Shown in pieces: positions 29,722 through 39,590 of a stretch of 64,000 nucleotides of DNA. The stretch's first letter is position 1, and every line of letters begins with the position of its first letter. Source of the DNA: Actinomycetes bacterium (GTDB lineage Bacteria > Actinomycetota > Aquicultoria > UBA3085 > Oleimmundimicrobiaceae); assembly GCA_030614255.1 (NCBI GenBank), contig JAUWKI010000003.1, positions 15,368 through 79,367 on the forward strand, in the 5' to 3' direction. The translations under genes and the position numbers were made by a program. The notes under the pieces were generated by a model. The model made no database searches. It worked only from the letters and a program-made list of their open reading frames with translations, and was not told the DNA's origin.

Positions 29722-30495
29722 ATGAACCTGACAATGTATAAACGGGAAGTTTTCGAAAACTATATAAGCAATTCACAAATTGCCCGTGTATTGTCTGAGA
29801 ATTGGTTTTCTTCGGAAATGTATTGTCCTTGTTGTTTAAATGAAGAATTAAATCCTCATTCCGCTAACACCAAAGTAGCTGATTTTTTTTGCGAAAGATG
29901 TGGGAACGAATTTCAGTTAAAAAGCTCTAAAAAAAATTTTGGAAAAAGGGTTGTCGATGGCGAATTTTATACCATGATTAATTTTATTCAAGACAATAAA
30001 ACCCCAAATTTTTTTCTGATGAGTTACTCGTCAGATGATTGGACAGTTAAAGATTTAGTTTTGGTTCCAAGATTCTTCATATCACCCTCAATCATAGAAA
30101 AGAGGAACCCTCTCTCCGCCAATGCCAGAAGGGCGGGGTGGACAGGATGTAATCTTTTAATCGATAGAATCCCCAAAGAAGGCAGAATTGGGATAGTGAA
30201 AAATCAAGAGATGGTTGATAAATTAAAGGTTAATAAAGTTTGGAGAAAAATGTCTTTCTTGGGTAACAGGAAACCGGACTTAAGAGGTTGGACTTCTGAT
30301 GTATTGAAATGCGTAGAAGAATTGAAAAAGAGGGAGTTCGAGCTCAGTGAATTATATAAATATGAGAACTATCTTGAAGAACTGCATCCAAGTAACCGAC
30401 ATATTAAAGCAAAAATTAGGCAACAATTACAAATTCTTAGAGATAATAATGTTATTAAGTTCGAATCGCCCGGAAGATATTCTTTGATTGATTAA
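29722..30495 (+). CDS. DpnI/Dam-replacing family methyl-directed restriction endonuclease
   Basis: SNSQIARVLSENW..YCPCC, VADFFCERC, FQLKS, IEKRNPLSANARRAGWTGC, winged helix KIRQQLQILRD. Confidence 0.92.
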   Translation: MNLTMYKREVFENYISNSQIARVLSENWFSSEMYCPCCLNEELNPHSANTKVADFFCERCGNEFQLKSSKKNFGKRVVDGEFYTMINFIQDNKTPNFFLMSYSSDDWTVKDLVLVPRFFISPSIIEKRNPLSANARRAGWTGCNLLIDRIPKEGRIGIVKNQEMVDKLKVNKVWRKMSFLGNRKPDLRGWTSDVLKCVEELKKREFELSELYKYENYLEELHPSNRHIKAKIRQQLQILRDNNVIKFESPGRYSLID

Positions 30496-30530
30496 GCTAT
30501 TTAGAATTTAAAGTTGGAAGGAGCTGAATA

Positions 30531-30743
30531 ATGGAACAATATATAGGTATCGAAATCGGAGATTCTGCATATACAGAATTTATGATGAAGGATGGGGAGT
30601 TTAAGCAGACCGAAGACGGCGTTTTTTTAGGCAGGGTTACTGCGAGGAACAAACAAGAAGCTTTGGAGAAAATCAAATGCCTTGGGTGGAACAAAAACAG
30701 AGTTTTTGATGAAGTTATAATTGAAGAAATTTGTCTTAGATAG
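30531..30743 (+). CDS. Small hypothetical protein
   Basis: 70-aa ORF with SD AAGGAG, directly after the DpnI-like gene. Confidence 0.6.
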   Translation: MEQYIGIEIGDSAYTEFMMKDGEFKQTEDGVFLGRVTARNKQEALEKIKCLGWNKNRVFDEVIIEEICLR

Positions 30744-30959
30744 CAGATAACTTTTTATACACTCTACCCGTCGTTACCCTATACCCTTATTTTGATAGTG
30801 GCTGGTAGCTAGTTTTTGACACCCGACCAATGATTTGCCCCTGTTATTTCTATGTTGGTTTCAAGCTCTCGGAAAAGAATCCCTCTTGTTTTTTGCTCAT
30901 CTACAAGGTTAATCTATAATTAACTAAACTTATCTTTATAAATTGTCAAAAGGAGCACT

Positions 30960-31499
30960 ATGCTAAGTGTTGAGAATACTGTCTTAATTGTAATCGATGT
31001 TCAGGAAAAGCTCGCGAAAGCGATGTATGAGAGAGAAAATCTCATTGAGAATCTTCAGAAGCTTATCAAAGGGATTAAGGTATTGGAAATCCCCATTATC
31101 TGGCTTGAGCAAAATCCTCAAGGGTTAGGGCCGACTTTGCCTGAAGTCGCCCAGCTTCTTTCTGACCTTGAGCCTATAAGTAAATTTAGCTTTAGTTGCT
31201 GCGCAAGTGAGCGTTTTATGAAAGAAATGAAAACCTTGAAACGCAATCATGTTTTATTGGCGGGCATTGAGACTCATGTTTGTGTTTATCAAACCGCTAA
31301 AGACCTGGTTAAATTGGGATACAAAGGGCAAGTTGTTGCCGATACTGTTTCTTCAAGAACGGCTGAGAATAAACAGATTGGTTTGGAACGGATAAAGGAA
31401 GTGGGCGGGAGTTTAACAAGCACAGAGACTGCGTTATTTGAACTGTTAAAGGTTGCCGAGGGCCCAAAATTTAAAAAAATCCTTAAAATAGTTAAGTAG
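30960..31499 (+). CDS. Isochorismatase family hydrolase
   Basis: IVIDVQEKL, EQNPQGLGPT, GIETHVCVYQT, DTVSSR. Confidence 0.92.
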   Translation: MLSVENTVLIVIDVQEKLAKAMYERENLIENLQKLIKGIKVLEIPIIWLEQNPQGLGPTLPEVAQLLSDLEPISKFSFSCCASERFMKEMKTLKRNHVLLAGIETHVCVYQTAKDLVKLGYKGQVVADTVSSRTAENKQIGLERIKEVGGSLTSTETALFELLKVAEGPKFKKILKIVK

Positions 31500-31624
31500 T
31501 CTGTTGGGTGATTGATTTTATGGTTATTTTTAGAAATTCCCAATGTTGGTTTTATTGATTCATACACATAATTATGGTATATTGTGTGTATCTGATATAG
31601 AAGCTGTGTTTTGAGGTGAGCGGA

Positions 31625-31831
31625 ATGAGAACAAATATAGTTTTGAACGATAAATTGGTAAAAGAAGGTTTAAAACTGACGAAGCTTAAAACCAAAAAAG
31701 ACCTGGTTGATGTGGCTTTGAAAGAATTGGTTGAAAGAAGAAAGCGTAAGAGAATTTTGAAACTTGAAGGAAAGATTGCTTGGGAAGGGAATCTGGAAGA
31801 GCTAAGGGGCACTCGTTTTGATATTGATTGA
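31625..31831 (+). CDS. vapB: VapB family antitoxin (DUF2191-like)
   Basis: MRTNIVLNDKLV...TKKDLVDVALKELV...WEGNLEELR; overlaps vapC. Confidence 0.9.
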   Translation: MRTNIVLNDKLVKEGLKLTKLKTKKDLVDVALKELVERRKRKRILKLEGKIAWEGNLEELRGTRFDID

Positions 31832-32216
31832 TACCTCGGTCTGGATAGATTTTTTCAGAGGTGCAGACACACTTCATAGGGTTGCTATGCACAAGTTAAT
31901 TGAGGAAGACGACATCTGTCTCGCCGACATTATCGTTGCTGAAATTTTACAGGGCATTAAATCAGATAAGGATTTTAAGGTTGTAAAATCTCGTCTTTTA
32001 GAGTTTCCGATTTATTCCTTAAAGGACGTTCATTCCTATATCCAATCTGCCCAAATTTATCGAGCTTGCAGAAGAAGAGGACTTACAATAAGAAAGTTAG
32101 TAGATTGTTTCATTGCTCAAATTGCCATTGAAAACGAACTTGCACTTTTCCACAATGATAAAGATTTCGACTCAATTGCTAAAACAATTAAAGAACTGCA
32201 AATCTATAGACTTTAA
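31818..32216 (+). CDS. vapC: VapC PIN-domain toxin
   Basis: MILIDTSVWIDF, EILQG, DCFIA, HNDKDF. Confidence 0.93.
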   Translation: MILIDTSVWIDFFRGADTLHRVAMHKLIEEDDICLADIIVAEILQGIKSDKDFKVVKSRLLEFPIYSLKDVHSYIQSAQIYRACRRRGLTIRKLVDCFIAQIAIENELALFHNDKDFDSIAKTIKELQIYRL

Positions 32217-32282
32217 AACGGGTGGTTAAAGCTTCTTGCTCCTGACCAACACATTTTACTTTTTTCTCTGTTCTTAAGTTCT

Positions 32283-32611
32283 TCTGAAAGCTGAATGCTG
32301 TTTCAATGACTCCTGACTAGCGAAGCCCCTGCCTACCGCCGTGCCTACCGGCAGGCAGGGCAGGCAGGGGGTGACCCTTAGGGTTACTCTCCTTAATCCT
32401 AATTCCTATCAGTTGGGAGTTTCTTAGTAAGAAGTCCCATTAGAGGCGGGCAAGCGAGAGTTTTCTAATTGGCTTGCTGGGTTTTTCTCTATTCTTTTAT
32501 GCTCTCAGCTCTTAAGCTTTTCTGAAAGCTGGTAGCTGGCGTCTGGAAGCTGAATTTCCTTTCCCCATTACCCTGATTTTCCCTGGCGGCTGGAGACTGG
32601 AAGCTGGAAGC
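32283..32611. repeat. Repeat patch: palindrome inside palindrome (32326-32370) plus GCTGAAA/GCTGGAA heptamer arrays
   Basis: Read directly. Confidence 0.85.
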
Positions 32612-32675
32612 GGATAGCTAATTTTCCCTTGCGTAGTATATAATCTTCTGCAAAAATGGAAATTGAGACGGAAAG

Positions 32676-33545
32676 GTGGCTGAAATGGAAAAAGTTATTT
32701 TGGCTGAGAAGATAGCTTATTCTTATAACAAGACGCTCGCGGTGGACCACATCTCTTTCCACATCGATAAAGGCGAGATTTTGGGTTTTCTCGGCCCTAA
32801 CGGAGCGGGCAAAACCACCACGATTAAGATGCTTATTGGTCTCCTAGCTCCCCAAGATGGAAAAATTTCTGTCCTCGGAATGGATACGGCAAAAGAGCTA
32901 AATAAAATACAAGCTCAAATCGGCGTCTGCTTTGAGGAGAAAAACCTTTACGAGGAGATGTCCGCTATTGAGAACCTCAAATTCTTCGCCTCTCTCTTCG
33001 GGATAAAAAAGATTGATGCTGCCGCGCTTCTAAAAAAGGTGAATCTCCTTGTTGAGAAGAGACAAAAGGTTGCTAGTTTTTCAAAAGGAATGAAACAGCG
33101 CTTGATGATGGCTAGGGCTCTTATAAACTATCCTAAAGTTCTCTTTTTAGATGAGCCAACGGATGGCTTGGACCCTGTTTCCGCGAGAGCCGTTCGAGAT
33201 GTTATTCTTGAAGAGAAGGAAAAAGGGGCCACCATATTTCTTACCACTCATGACATGATGGAAGCGGACAAGCTCTCAGACAGAGTCGCTTTCATAAACG
33301 AAGGTAAGATTTCCGTAATTGACACACCTGAAAACCTCAAACACGAGTATGGAAAACGGATTCTTAAAATTCGTTACCGGTTAGACGGGAGAGTAGAAGA
33401 AGAAGAACTTTCCCTTGAAGATAAAGATATGAGCAAACGCATCGATGAAATTAATTCCAAACATTCTATTTTAGATATGCACACTGAAGAGGCGACTCTT
33501 GAGGATATCTTCATCAAGTTTACCGGCAGGAAGTTAGAAGGATGA
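32676..33545 (+). CDS. ABC exporter ATP-binding protein
   Basis: GPNGAGKTT, FSKGMKQR, LFLDEPT, TTH. Confidence 0.95.
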   Translation: MAEMEKVILAEKIAYSYNKTLAVDHISFHIDKGEILGFLGPNGAGKTTTIKMLIGLLAPQDGKISVLGMDTAKELNKIQAQIGVCFEEKNLYEEMSAIENLKFFASLFGIKKIDAAALLKKVNLLVEKRQKVASFSKGMKQRLMMARALINYPKVLFLDEPTDGLDPVSARAVRDVILEEKEKGATIFLTTHDMMEADKLSDRVAFINEGKISVIDTPENLKHEYGKRILKIRYRLDGRVEEEELSLEDKDMSKRIDEINSKHSILDMHTEEATLEDIFIKFTGRKLEG

Positions 33546-34579
33546 ACCGCATTCTTTCAATCGTCAAAAAGGATGTTATCCAGATTTTCCGCAACCGTTT
33601 CATAGCGGTCATAACTTTTCTCGCGATTTTTGTTTACGCCATCATATTCCATGTTATGCCTTCTAAGGTTGAAGAAATGTACAGTATGGGTTTTTACTTT
33701 GAAAAAGGGCGAGAGGCTGTCGAAGAACAGATCTCTGAGGAAGAAGGCGTGGAAGTAGTATGGGCCGATGATGAAAATGAGTTAAAGAAGCTAGTTGAAG
33801 ATGAGGATGTCCAGGTGGGGCTTTCTTTTACTTTACTCGAAGGAAAGCCAAAAATCGTTTTATATACTTCCACTCAAACTCCTGAAGAAATAAGGGAGGC
33901 AGGCGATGTTATTGCCAGAGAAGCTGCCTACAGCCTTTCAGGATATCCTCTCAATGTGGAATTTGACGAGGTTGTTATCGGACCAGATTTACTAGGGGAG
34001 CAGATTCCCTTTAGGAATAAGATGCGCATTCTCTTTGTGGTGATGATTCTCTCGGTTGAGTTTTTTGCGTTAGGTAATTTAATTTCAGAGGAGATTCGCA
34101 AAAAGACCGCGGATGCTATTCTTGTTACGCCCGTTAGCATCCCCGAGTTTATGACCGCCAAGGTAGCTACCGGCATCTTTTTGACCCTTTCCGAAGGAAT
34201 TCTTGCTGCTTTTCTGCTAAATATTATTAGCTTCGATACTGTACTTCCTTTTGTTGTCCTTCTTTTTCTCGGTGCCCTCCTTGTTGTTGCCGTCTCATTT
34301 GTTTTGGGGACGATAAGCAGAAGTTTTCTGGGATTAACCGCGTATGGGACTCTCTTTATGATTGTTTTTATGATTCCCACTTTTACTCTTATTTTCCCCG
34401 GTGGTTATTCCTTTTGGATTAAAGCTGTGCCTTCTTATCATTTAATTATCCCGCTGGATGGAATAATAAATTACGGATATGTCCTCTCTGATTATTTGCC
34501 CGAGATGGCTTATCTTGGTTCATTTAACATAGTCGTTTTATTACTTGGACTTTATGTTTTAAGAAGGAGGCTTACATGA
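33542..34579 (+). CDS. ABC-2 type permease
   Basis: TM1, extracellular domain, then 5 TM; EEIRKKTADAILVTPV. Confidence 0.88.
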   Translation: MNRILSIVKKDVIQIFRNRFIAVITFLAIFVYAIIFHVMPSKVEEMYSMGFYFEKGREAVEEQISEEEGVEVVWADDENELKKLVEDEDVQVGLSFTLLEGKPKIVLYTSTQTPEEIREAGDVIAREAAYSLSGYPLNVEFDEVVIGPDLLGEQIPFRNKMRILFVVMILSVEFFALGNLISEEIRKKTADAILVTPVSIPEFMTAKVATGIFLTLSEGILAAFLLNIISFDTVLPFVVLLFLGALLVVAVSFVLGTISRSFLGLTAYGTLFMIVFMIPTFTLIFPGGYSFWIKAVPSYHLIIPLDGIINYGYVLSDYLPEMAYLGSFNIVVLLLGLYVLRRRLT

Positions 34580-35625
34580 GCATATCACGTATTTTCTCCA
34601 TAATGAAAAGAGAGTTAAGCCTAGGACCTCGTAGTCCGATGCTCTTATTCGCCCTTGCTCTTCCGCTAATATTAACTGCGGTTTTTCAGTTAATTTTTGG
34701 GGGACTATGGCAAGAAAAACCCGTATTAGCTGTTTACGATGTAGGTGATGGGGTTGTAATTTCTGAACTTGAAAAAAATAAAGCGATAGATATTATCGAT
34801 GCTGATTCAGAAGATGAAATTTTAAATTTAGTTGAAGTTAGGGAAGCGGATGTGGGTGTAATTTTCCCCCAAGACATCGAAGACATATTAAAGGAGGGTA
34901 AAGAGGTTACCCTAAAAACTTATGTCGACGGTGAGGCATACGCAAAAGATAGAACGATAATCGCTGCAACTATGCTATCTGTTCTAAGGAGCATCGCACC
35001 TGAAGGCCCCGAGGTGGATTTCGAACAAATTCTTCTTGGGGAAGAGAGGGGGCTTGGTATTTTAGAGATGATGCTCCCGTTTCTTGTTTTGTATGGTGTC
35101 ATGGGGGGCGCATTCTTAGGCCCCGCGATTCTTCTCGTTGGAGCAAAAGAAAAGAAAACCATCACAGCTCTTCTGGTTACACCCTCAAGCAAAGCTGAGA
35201 TTCTTGCGGCGTTTGGTATTATGGGTGTGGTGCTTGCTGTGATTATGGGAATAGTGGTTCTTTTGTTAAATGGTGGCTGGACTCAACCGCCTCTGATGAT
35301 TCCTTTGCTCATTCTAAGCTCTATTTTTATGGCTGAATTGGGGCTCATAGCGGGCCTTGCGGTTAATGATTTGAACACGCTTTTTGCTAACATGAAGATC
35401 TTCGGTATCCTTTTGGTGGCTCCAGAACTCTTCATTATTTTTCCAAAATGGCCACAGTGGATTGCAAAGATTTTTCCCACTTACTACTTCATGCATCCTG
35501 TGTTGAGGATAAGTATTTATGGAGATGGTCTTGCTGAGGTTGGCTGGGAATTATTGGTTCTGCTCGGTTTTATAATCCTCTTTTTTATCCCCATTCCTTT
35601 TTTAGCCAAGAGATTGGGGAAGTAA
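34576..35625 (+). CDS. ABC-2 type permease
   Basis: Paralogous topology; KEKKTITALLVTP. Confidence 0.88.
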   Translation: MSISRIFSIMKRELSLGPRSPMLLFALALPLILTAVFQLIFGGLWQEKPVLAVYDVGDGVVISELEKNKAIDIIDADSEDEILNLVEVREADVGVIFPQDIEDILKEGKEVTLKTYVDGEAYAKDRTIIAATMLSVLRSIAPEGPEVDFEQILLGEERGLGILEMMLPFLVLYGVMGGAFLGPAILLVGAKEKKTITALLVTPSSKAEILAAFGIMGVVLAVIMGIVVLLLNGGWTQPPLMIPLLILSSIFMAELGLIAGLAVNDLNTLFANMKIFGILLVAPELFIIFPKWPQWIAKIFPTYYFMHPVLRISIYGDGLAEVGWELLVLLGFIILFFIPIPFLAKRLGK

Positions 35626-35670
35626 AAAGGTAGGCGAAGACCGCCAGCCTTGTTTAATTGGCAATTTTTT

Positions 35671-36100
35671 GTGGGTTGCTCTAAAGCTCCGGTTTGTCTC
35701 CCTACTCATTCGACTCTTGCAGTGCGAAACTTTACTTCCTTCATTTCCGTGCCTACCGGCAGGCACGGCAGAACTCGTCAGGCTAAACTATATCCTTCCC
35801 TTTGACTTTTAAGCCAAAGCTTCCAACTATGTTGTAAGTCGGGTATAAGCCTGGCTCAAACAGCTTCGGCTTATTTCCTGAACAACCTATTTTTACGCCT
35901 AAAAATGACATGGCATATAAAGAAGCGTGTTTCCGTATGCTTGTCTGCCTCTGGAGGGGCTGATAGTTAAATTTTCTCCTCCCTTGACGGGAGGGGATTA
36001 AGGGGAGGGTGAAAGAGTTCTAAGCATTTTTAGTTTTTATTTGAGCTTGCTCCCGACCCCTGACTAAGAGACTACCGACTAGTTAGGGCTGGTGGCTGTT
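35671..36100. repeat. Repeat patch: MITE-like element, CCGTGCCTACCGGCAGGCACGG (35747-35768), CTCCCTTGACGGGAGGGGATTAAGGGGAGGGTG, and a GACTAAGAGACTACCGACT module
   Basis: Shared blocks with 26725-27000, 39285-39345 and 12450-12490. Confidence 0.85.
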
Positions 36101-36171
36101 TTTAATTTAAAGGATTTTGAATGCGTTTGGAGAATTAAACCCTCGGTGTTTTCGTATAAAAAGAAAGCGGG

Positions 36172-36822
36172 TTGCCAGTGTCGATTTTAAACAAACTCAA
36201 AGAGCTAGCAGAGAAAATATTTGACGAATTTTATTTAAGCAGGGGACAGGTTTATGCCGTGGGAACTATTGTTGCTCTTTTGGTTTTGGGAAGCGGGGTA
36301 CTGTATTCAAGGAGTAAACCTGTGGTTGAGGTAAAGGAAATAACGGAAATAAGTGAATCAGGGTCTGAAGACATACAAGAGGAAGCCAACGAGGAAGCAA
36401 AAAAGATATATGTGCACGTCTGTGGGGCAGTGAAGAGTGCTGATGTTTATCTGTGCGAAGAAGGAGATAGAGTAAAGGATGCCATTGCTAAGGCAGGTGG
36501 CGCGAGAGATGAAGCCAATTTGGAAGCGCTTAACCTGGCAGCGAAACTCATCGATGGCCAGAAAGTTTATGTGCCGAAAGTTGGAGAAAATATCACTGCT
36601 GATGTTTTTGGAGCATCCTTAACCGGAGCTCTTATTAATCTTAATAGTGCGACCTGCAAACAACTTGAGGAGTTGCCCGGAATTGGTGAAGTGATTGCTC
36701 AAAGGATTGTCGATTACAGGACGGAACACGGAGGATTTAAAATAGTGGATGAGCTTCTAGAAGTGGAAGGAATCGGTTCAAAAAAGTTTGAGGACATAAA
36801 AGACAAGGTTGTGGTTAATTGA
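36172..36822 (+). CDS. comEA: Competence protein ComEA
   Basis: TM, SLBB (VHVCGAVKS), HhH (LPGIGEVIAQRIVDYR, VEGIGSKKFE). Confidence 0.95.
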   Translation: MPVSILNKLKELAEKIFDEFYLSRGQVYAVGTIVALLVLGSGVLYSRSKPVVEVKEITEISESGSEDIQEEANEEAKKIYVHVCGAVKSADVYLCEEGDRVKDAIAKAGGARDEANLEALNLAAKLIDGQKVYVPKVGENITADVFGASLTGALINLNSATCKQLEELPGIGEVIAQRIVDYRTEHGGFKIVDELLEVEGIGSKKFEDIKDKVVVN

Positions 36823-39137
36823 AGGAGAAGGGCTTCCCGCCCATTTTCTGGCTCTCACTCTTATATATCCTCGGTCTTATTGTAAGCAGTTTTATCGATT
36901 TTCAAATTACCTATTTATTATTTGCTCTTATTGTGACTCTTCTATTTCTTTTCTTTGTTAACTCAAAGTCCTCAAAACTTGGGAAAGCGTCTGTTCTTCT
37001 TTTATTCTTGCTGCTCGGAGTGTTTTTAATTACGTTGAATAAAAATAGTGTTGAAAGAAGCTTGCTCTCTCAGTTTGCCAAGGAACAGAAGACCATTGCT
37101 GTCAAGGGAGTTGTGGTCGGCAATTTAGTAAAGAAGGGCGAAAAAGTTGTCTTTGATTTGAAAGTAAACGAGGTCAGCGATGAAGAAGATGTTTATTTTA
37201 TATCCGAAAAGACAAGGATAAGTGTTCAAAGAGGATACGATATTAAACTTAAACCGGGGCAATGTGTATCTATTGAAGGCACTCCTTATGTTCCTACCAG
37301 CATGGATTCATTTAATTACAAAGAGTATCTACTGAGAAAAAGAATAGCAACCCTATTTTCTGTATATCCAAAAAGTGTAGAGATTTGCGGCGAGAAGAAA
37401 ACCTTTATTATCGAGTTACGCGAAAAGCTTAAAACCCAAACCGAGATGGCTCTTAATTCTGAACAATCAGCACTTTTAAACGGAGTTTTACTAGGCGACC
37501 GTTCTCAAATTTCGGATATTACAAGAGAGGATTTTGCCAAAGCGGGAATAGCTCATCTTTTGGCGGTTTCAGGGTTGCACGTGGGAATCATTGCGGGAAT
37601 TGTGTTCTTTCTTTTTGGCCGGGTGTCTCTTCCCATAAGAACAACTCTGGCAATTATATCTATTCTCTTTTACGCATTTTTAGTCGGCAACCAACCCTCT
37701 GTTCTTAGGGCCTCGACAATGCTTATAATTGGCTATTTCGGCTGGTTGCTTGCCAGAGAGAAGGACATCTTATCGGCGATTTCTGCTGCCGCGTTGATTT
37801 TATTGGTCTATGATCCCTTTATGATTTACAATGTCGGATTTCAATTATCTTTCTTAGCGACTCTTGGAATAATCTTTATAGCTCCCATCATCCAGTCTGT
37901 TTTAAGCTCTCCATTTAAAAAATTAAATATGGCTATTTCCGTAACGTTAGGTGCGCAATTGGGGATAGTTCCAATTTTAATCTACTATTTTCAGCGTTTG
38001 TCCTTGATGACAGTAGTTTCCAATTTAGTTGTCACGCCTTTGCTTGCTCCGGTTCTTTTTGCCGGGATGATTGCCTCGTTTGTCGGATCTTTTTCTCAAT
38101 GCTTTGCGGCTCCGTTTTACAAACTGACCGGATTTTTTCTCGACCTCTTAAGGGGCGCTGCCGGGTTTTTCGCCTCTGCTCCTGGTGGGAGTATCAATTT
38201 TGCTCGCCCACCTCTCGTAGCTATCTTCGGATATTATGCGGCACTTTGTGGTGGCTTATTTTGTGTAAAGCGTAAGAAGTTTTCGCTGAATTTGAAGTGG
38301 CTTGTGATTCTATTCCTCGTTCTTTTTTCGACTGTTGTTTGGTTTCAGGTGGGGGCAAGCTCTCTTCCCAAGGACTTTTCCGTCAGTTTTTTGGACGTAG
38401 GACAGGGAGATGCCATCTTGATTAGAACGCCAGAAGGGGAAACGATATTGATTGACGGAGGAGAAGCATATAATCGTTTGAATGATTGTCTGCTACAACT
38501 TGGTGTTAGGAAAATTGATTTGCTTGTGTTGACTCATCCCCACGCCGATCATGTTGGAGGATTGGCAAAGATTTTTGGTGATTATAATGTGGGGATGGTT
38601 CTAGATGGTGGACAACCCCACGCTTCTTCGCTATATCTGAATTTTCTTTCCATGATAGAGGAGACGAATACTTCTTATAAGCTGGCCCGGGCCGGACAAA
38701 AATTTTTAATCGGGGACGAGCTCGAAATTTTTGTTCTTCATCCCGGAAAAGAGTTCATAAAGGGGACAGATTCGGATTTGAATAACAACTCGGTTGTCAT
38801 GAAGTTAGAGCATGGCGATATATCCTTCTTGTTTACCGGCGATGTGGAAGAGGAAGCAGAAAGGGAGATTCTTTTAGGTGGAGGAAATTTGACTAGCGAT
38901 ATTTTAAAAGTTCCTCATCACGGAAGTTCAAGTGGCTGTTATTTAAAGTTTCTCGAAAACGTAAATCCAAAAGTGGCGGTGATATCAGCGGGTGAGAATA
39001 ATCGATATGGTCATCCGGCAAGTTCAACCTTGAACAAACTTAAACAACTCGGCGTAGAAATTTACAGAACGGATAAGAACGGAACTGTGACTATAACATC
39101 TGACGAAAATAAACTTTGGGTGGGGACAGAGAAGTAA
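36819..39137 (+). CDS. comEC: Competence protein ComEC/Rec2
   Basis: GIAHLLAVSGLHV, GFQLSFLAT, DVGQGDA, THPHADHVGG, HHGS. Confidence 0.96.
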   Translation: MKEKGFPPIFWLSLLYILGLIVSSFIDFQITYLLFALIVTLLFLFFVNSKSSKLGKASVLLLFLLLGVFLITLNKNSVERSLLSQFAKEQKTIAVKGVVVGNLVKKGEKVVFDLKVNEVSDEEDVYFISEKTRISVQRGYDIKLKPGQCVSIEGTPYVPTSMDSFNYKEYLLRKRIATLFSVYPKSVEICGEKKTFIIELREKLKTQTEMALNSEQSALLNGVLLGDRSQISDITREDFAKAGIAHLLAVSGLHVGIIAGIVFFLFGRVSLPIRTTLAIISILFYAFLVGNQPSVLRASTMLIIGYFGWLLAREKDILSAISAAALILLVYDPFMIYNVGFQLSFLATLGIIFIAPIIQSVLSSPFKKLNMAISVTLGAQLGIVPILIYYFQRLSLMTVVSNLVVTPLLAPVLFAGMIASFVGSFSQCFAAPFYKLTGFFLDLLRGAAGFFASAPGGSINFARPPLVAIFGYYAALCGGLFCVKRKKFSLNLKWLVILFLVLFSTVVWFQVGASSLPKDFSVSFLDVGQGDAILIRTPEGETILIDGGEAYNRLNDCLLQLGVRKIDLLVLTHPHADHVGGLAKIFGDYNVGMVLDGGQPHASSLYLNFLSMIEETNTSYKLARAGQKFLIGDELEIFVLHPGKEFIKGTDSDLNNNSVVMKLEHGDISFLFTGDVEEEAEREILLGGGNLTSDILKVPHHGSSSGCYLKFLENVNPKVAVISAGENNRYGHPASSTLNKLKQLGVEIYRTDKNGTVTITSDENKLWVGTEK

Positions 39138-39284
39138 GTAAGCTGCCAGTCTCCAGCTTAATTGTTAATTAATTATGCAAAACTAAAAAGAAGTCATTGC
39201 GAGCCCTGCAGTATTTTTGCAGAGCATGGCAATCTCGTTTTCAATTATAATAATTGCTCTTTTATTTATTCAATTATATTTTTT

Positions 39285-39482
39285 GTAGGTTGCTCTAATG
39301 TTCTGGTTTGCCTTCCTATTCATTTGACTCTTACAGTACGAAATTGCTATTTGTCCTAAAGGGCACGCAATTCCTGCCTGCCCTGCCTGCCGGTAGGCAG
39401 GGCGGTGTAGGCACGGTGCCGCAACTGTTCGAGTCTCATTCACTTAACGGTCGGCTGCACAGTCACCTTACGAGCAACCTAC
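39285..39482. mobile_element. MITE-like element, 198 bp, with perfect 11-bp TIR GTAGGTTGCTC/GAGCAACCTAC
   Basis: TIRs read directly; relatives at 23085, 26725 and 35671; nested palindrome at 39382-39401. Confidence 0.7.
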
Positions 39483-39590
39483 CTGGGTTTAAACGATAAA
39501 GATAATCTTATTCTATCAAACAATTTTTTAAAGTTAAGATTTGATATATTATTAAAACAGTTATTTGTGAACTTAATTTAAGGAGAATTA

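Noticed and set aside
22860-36170. tRNA-Ala as attachment site of an integrated island or prophage
   Set aside because: No integrase, phage genes or duplicated tRNA 3' end seen; the accessory patch begins after lepB
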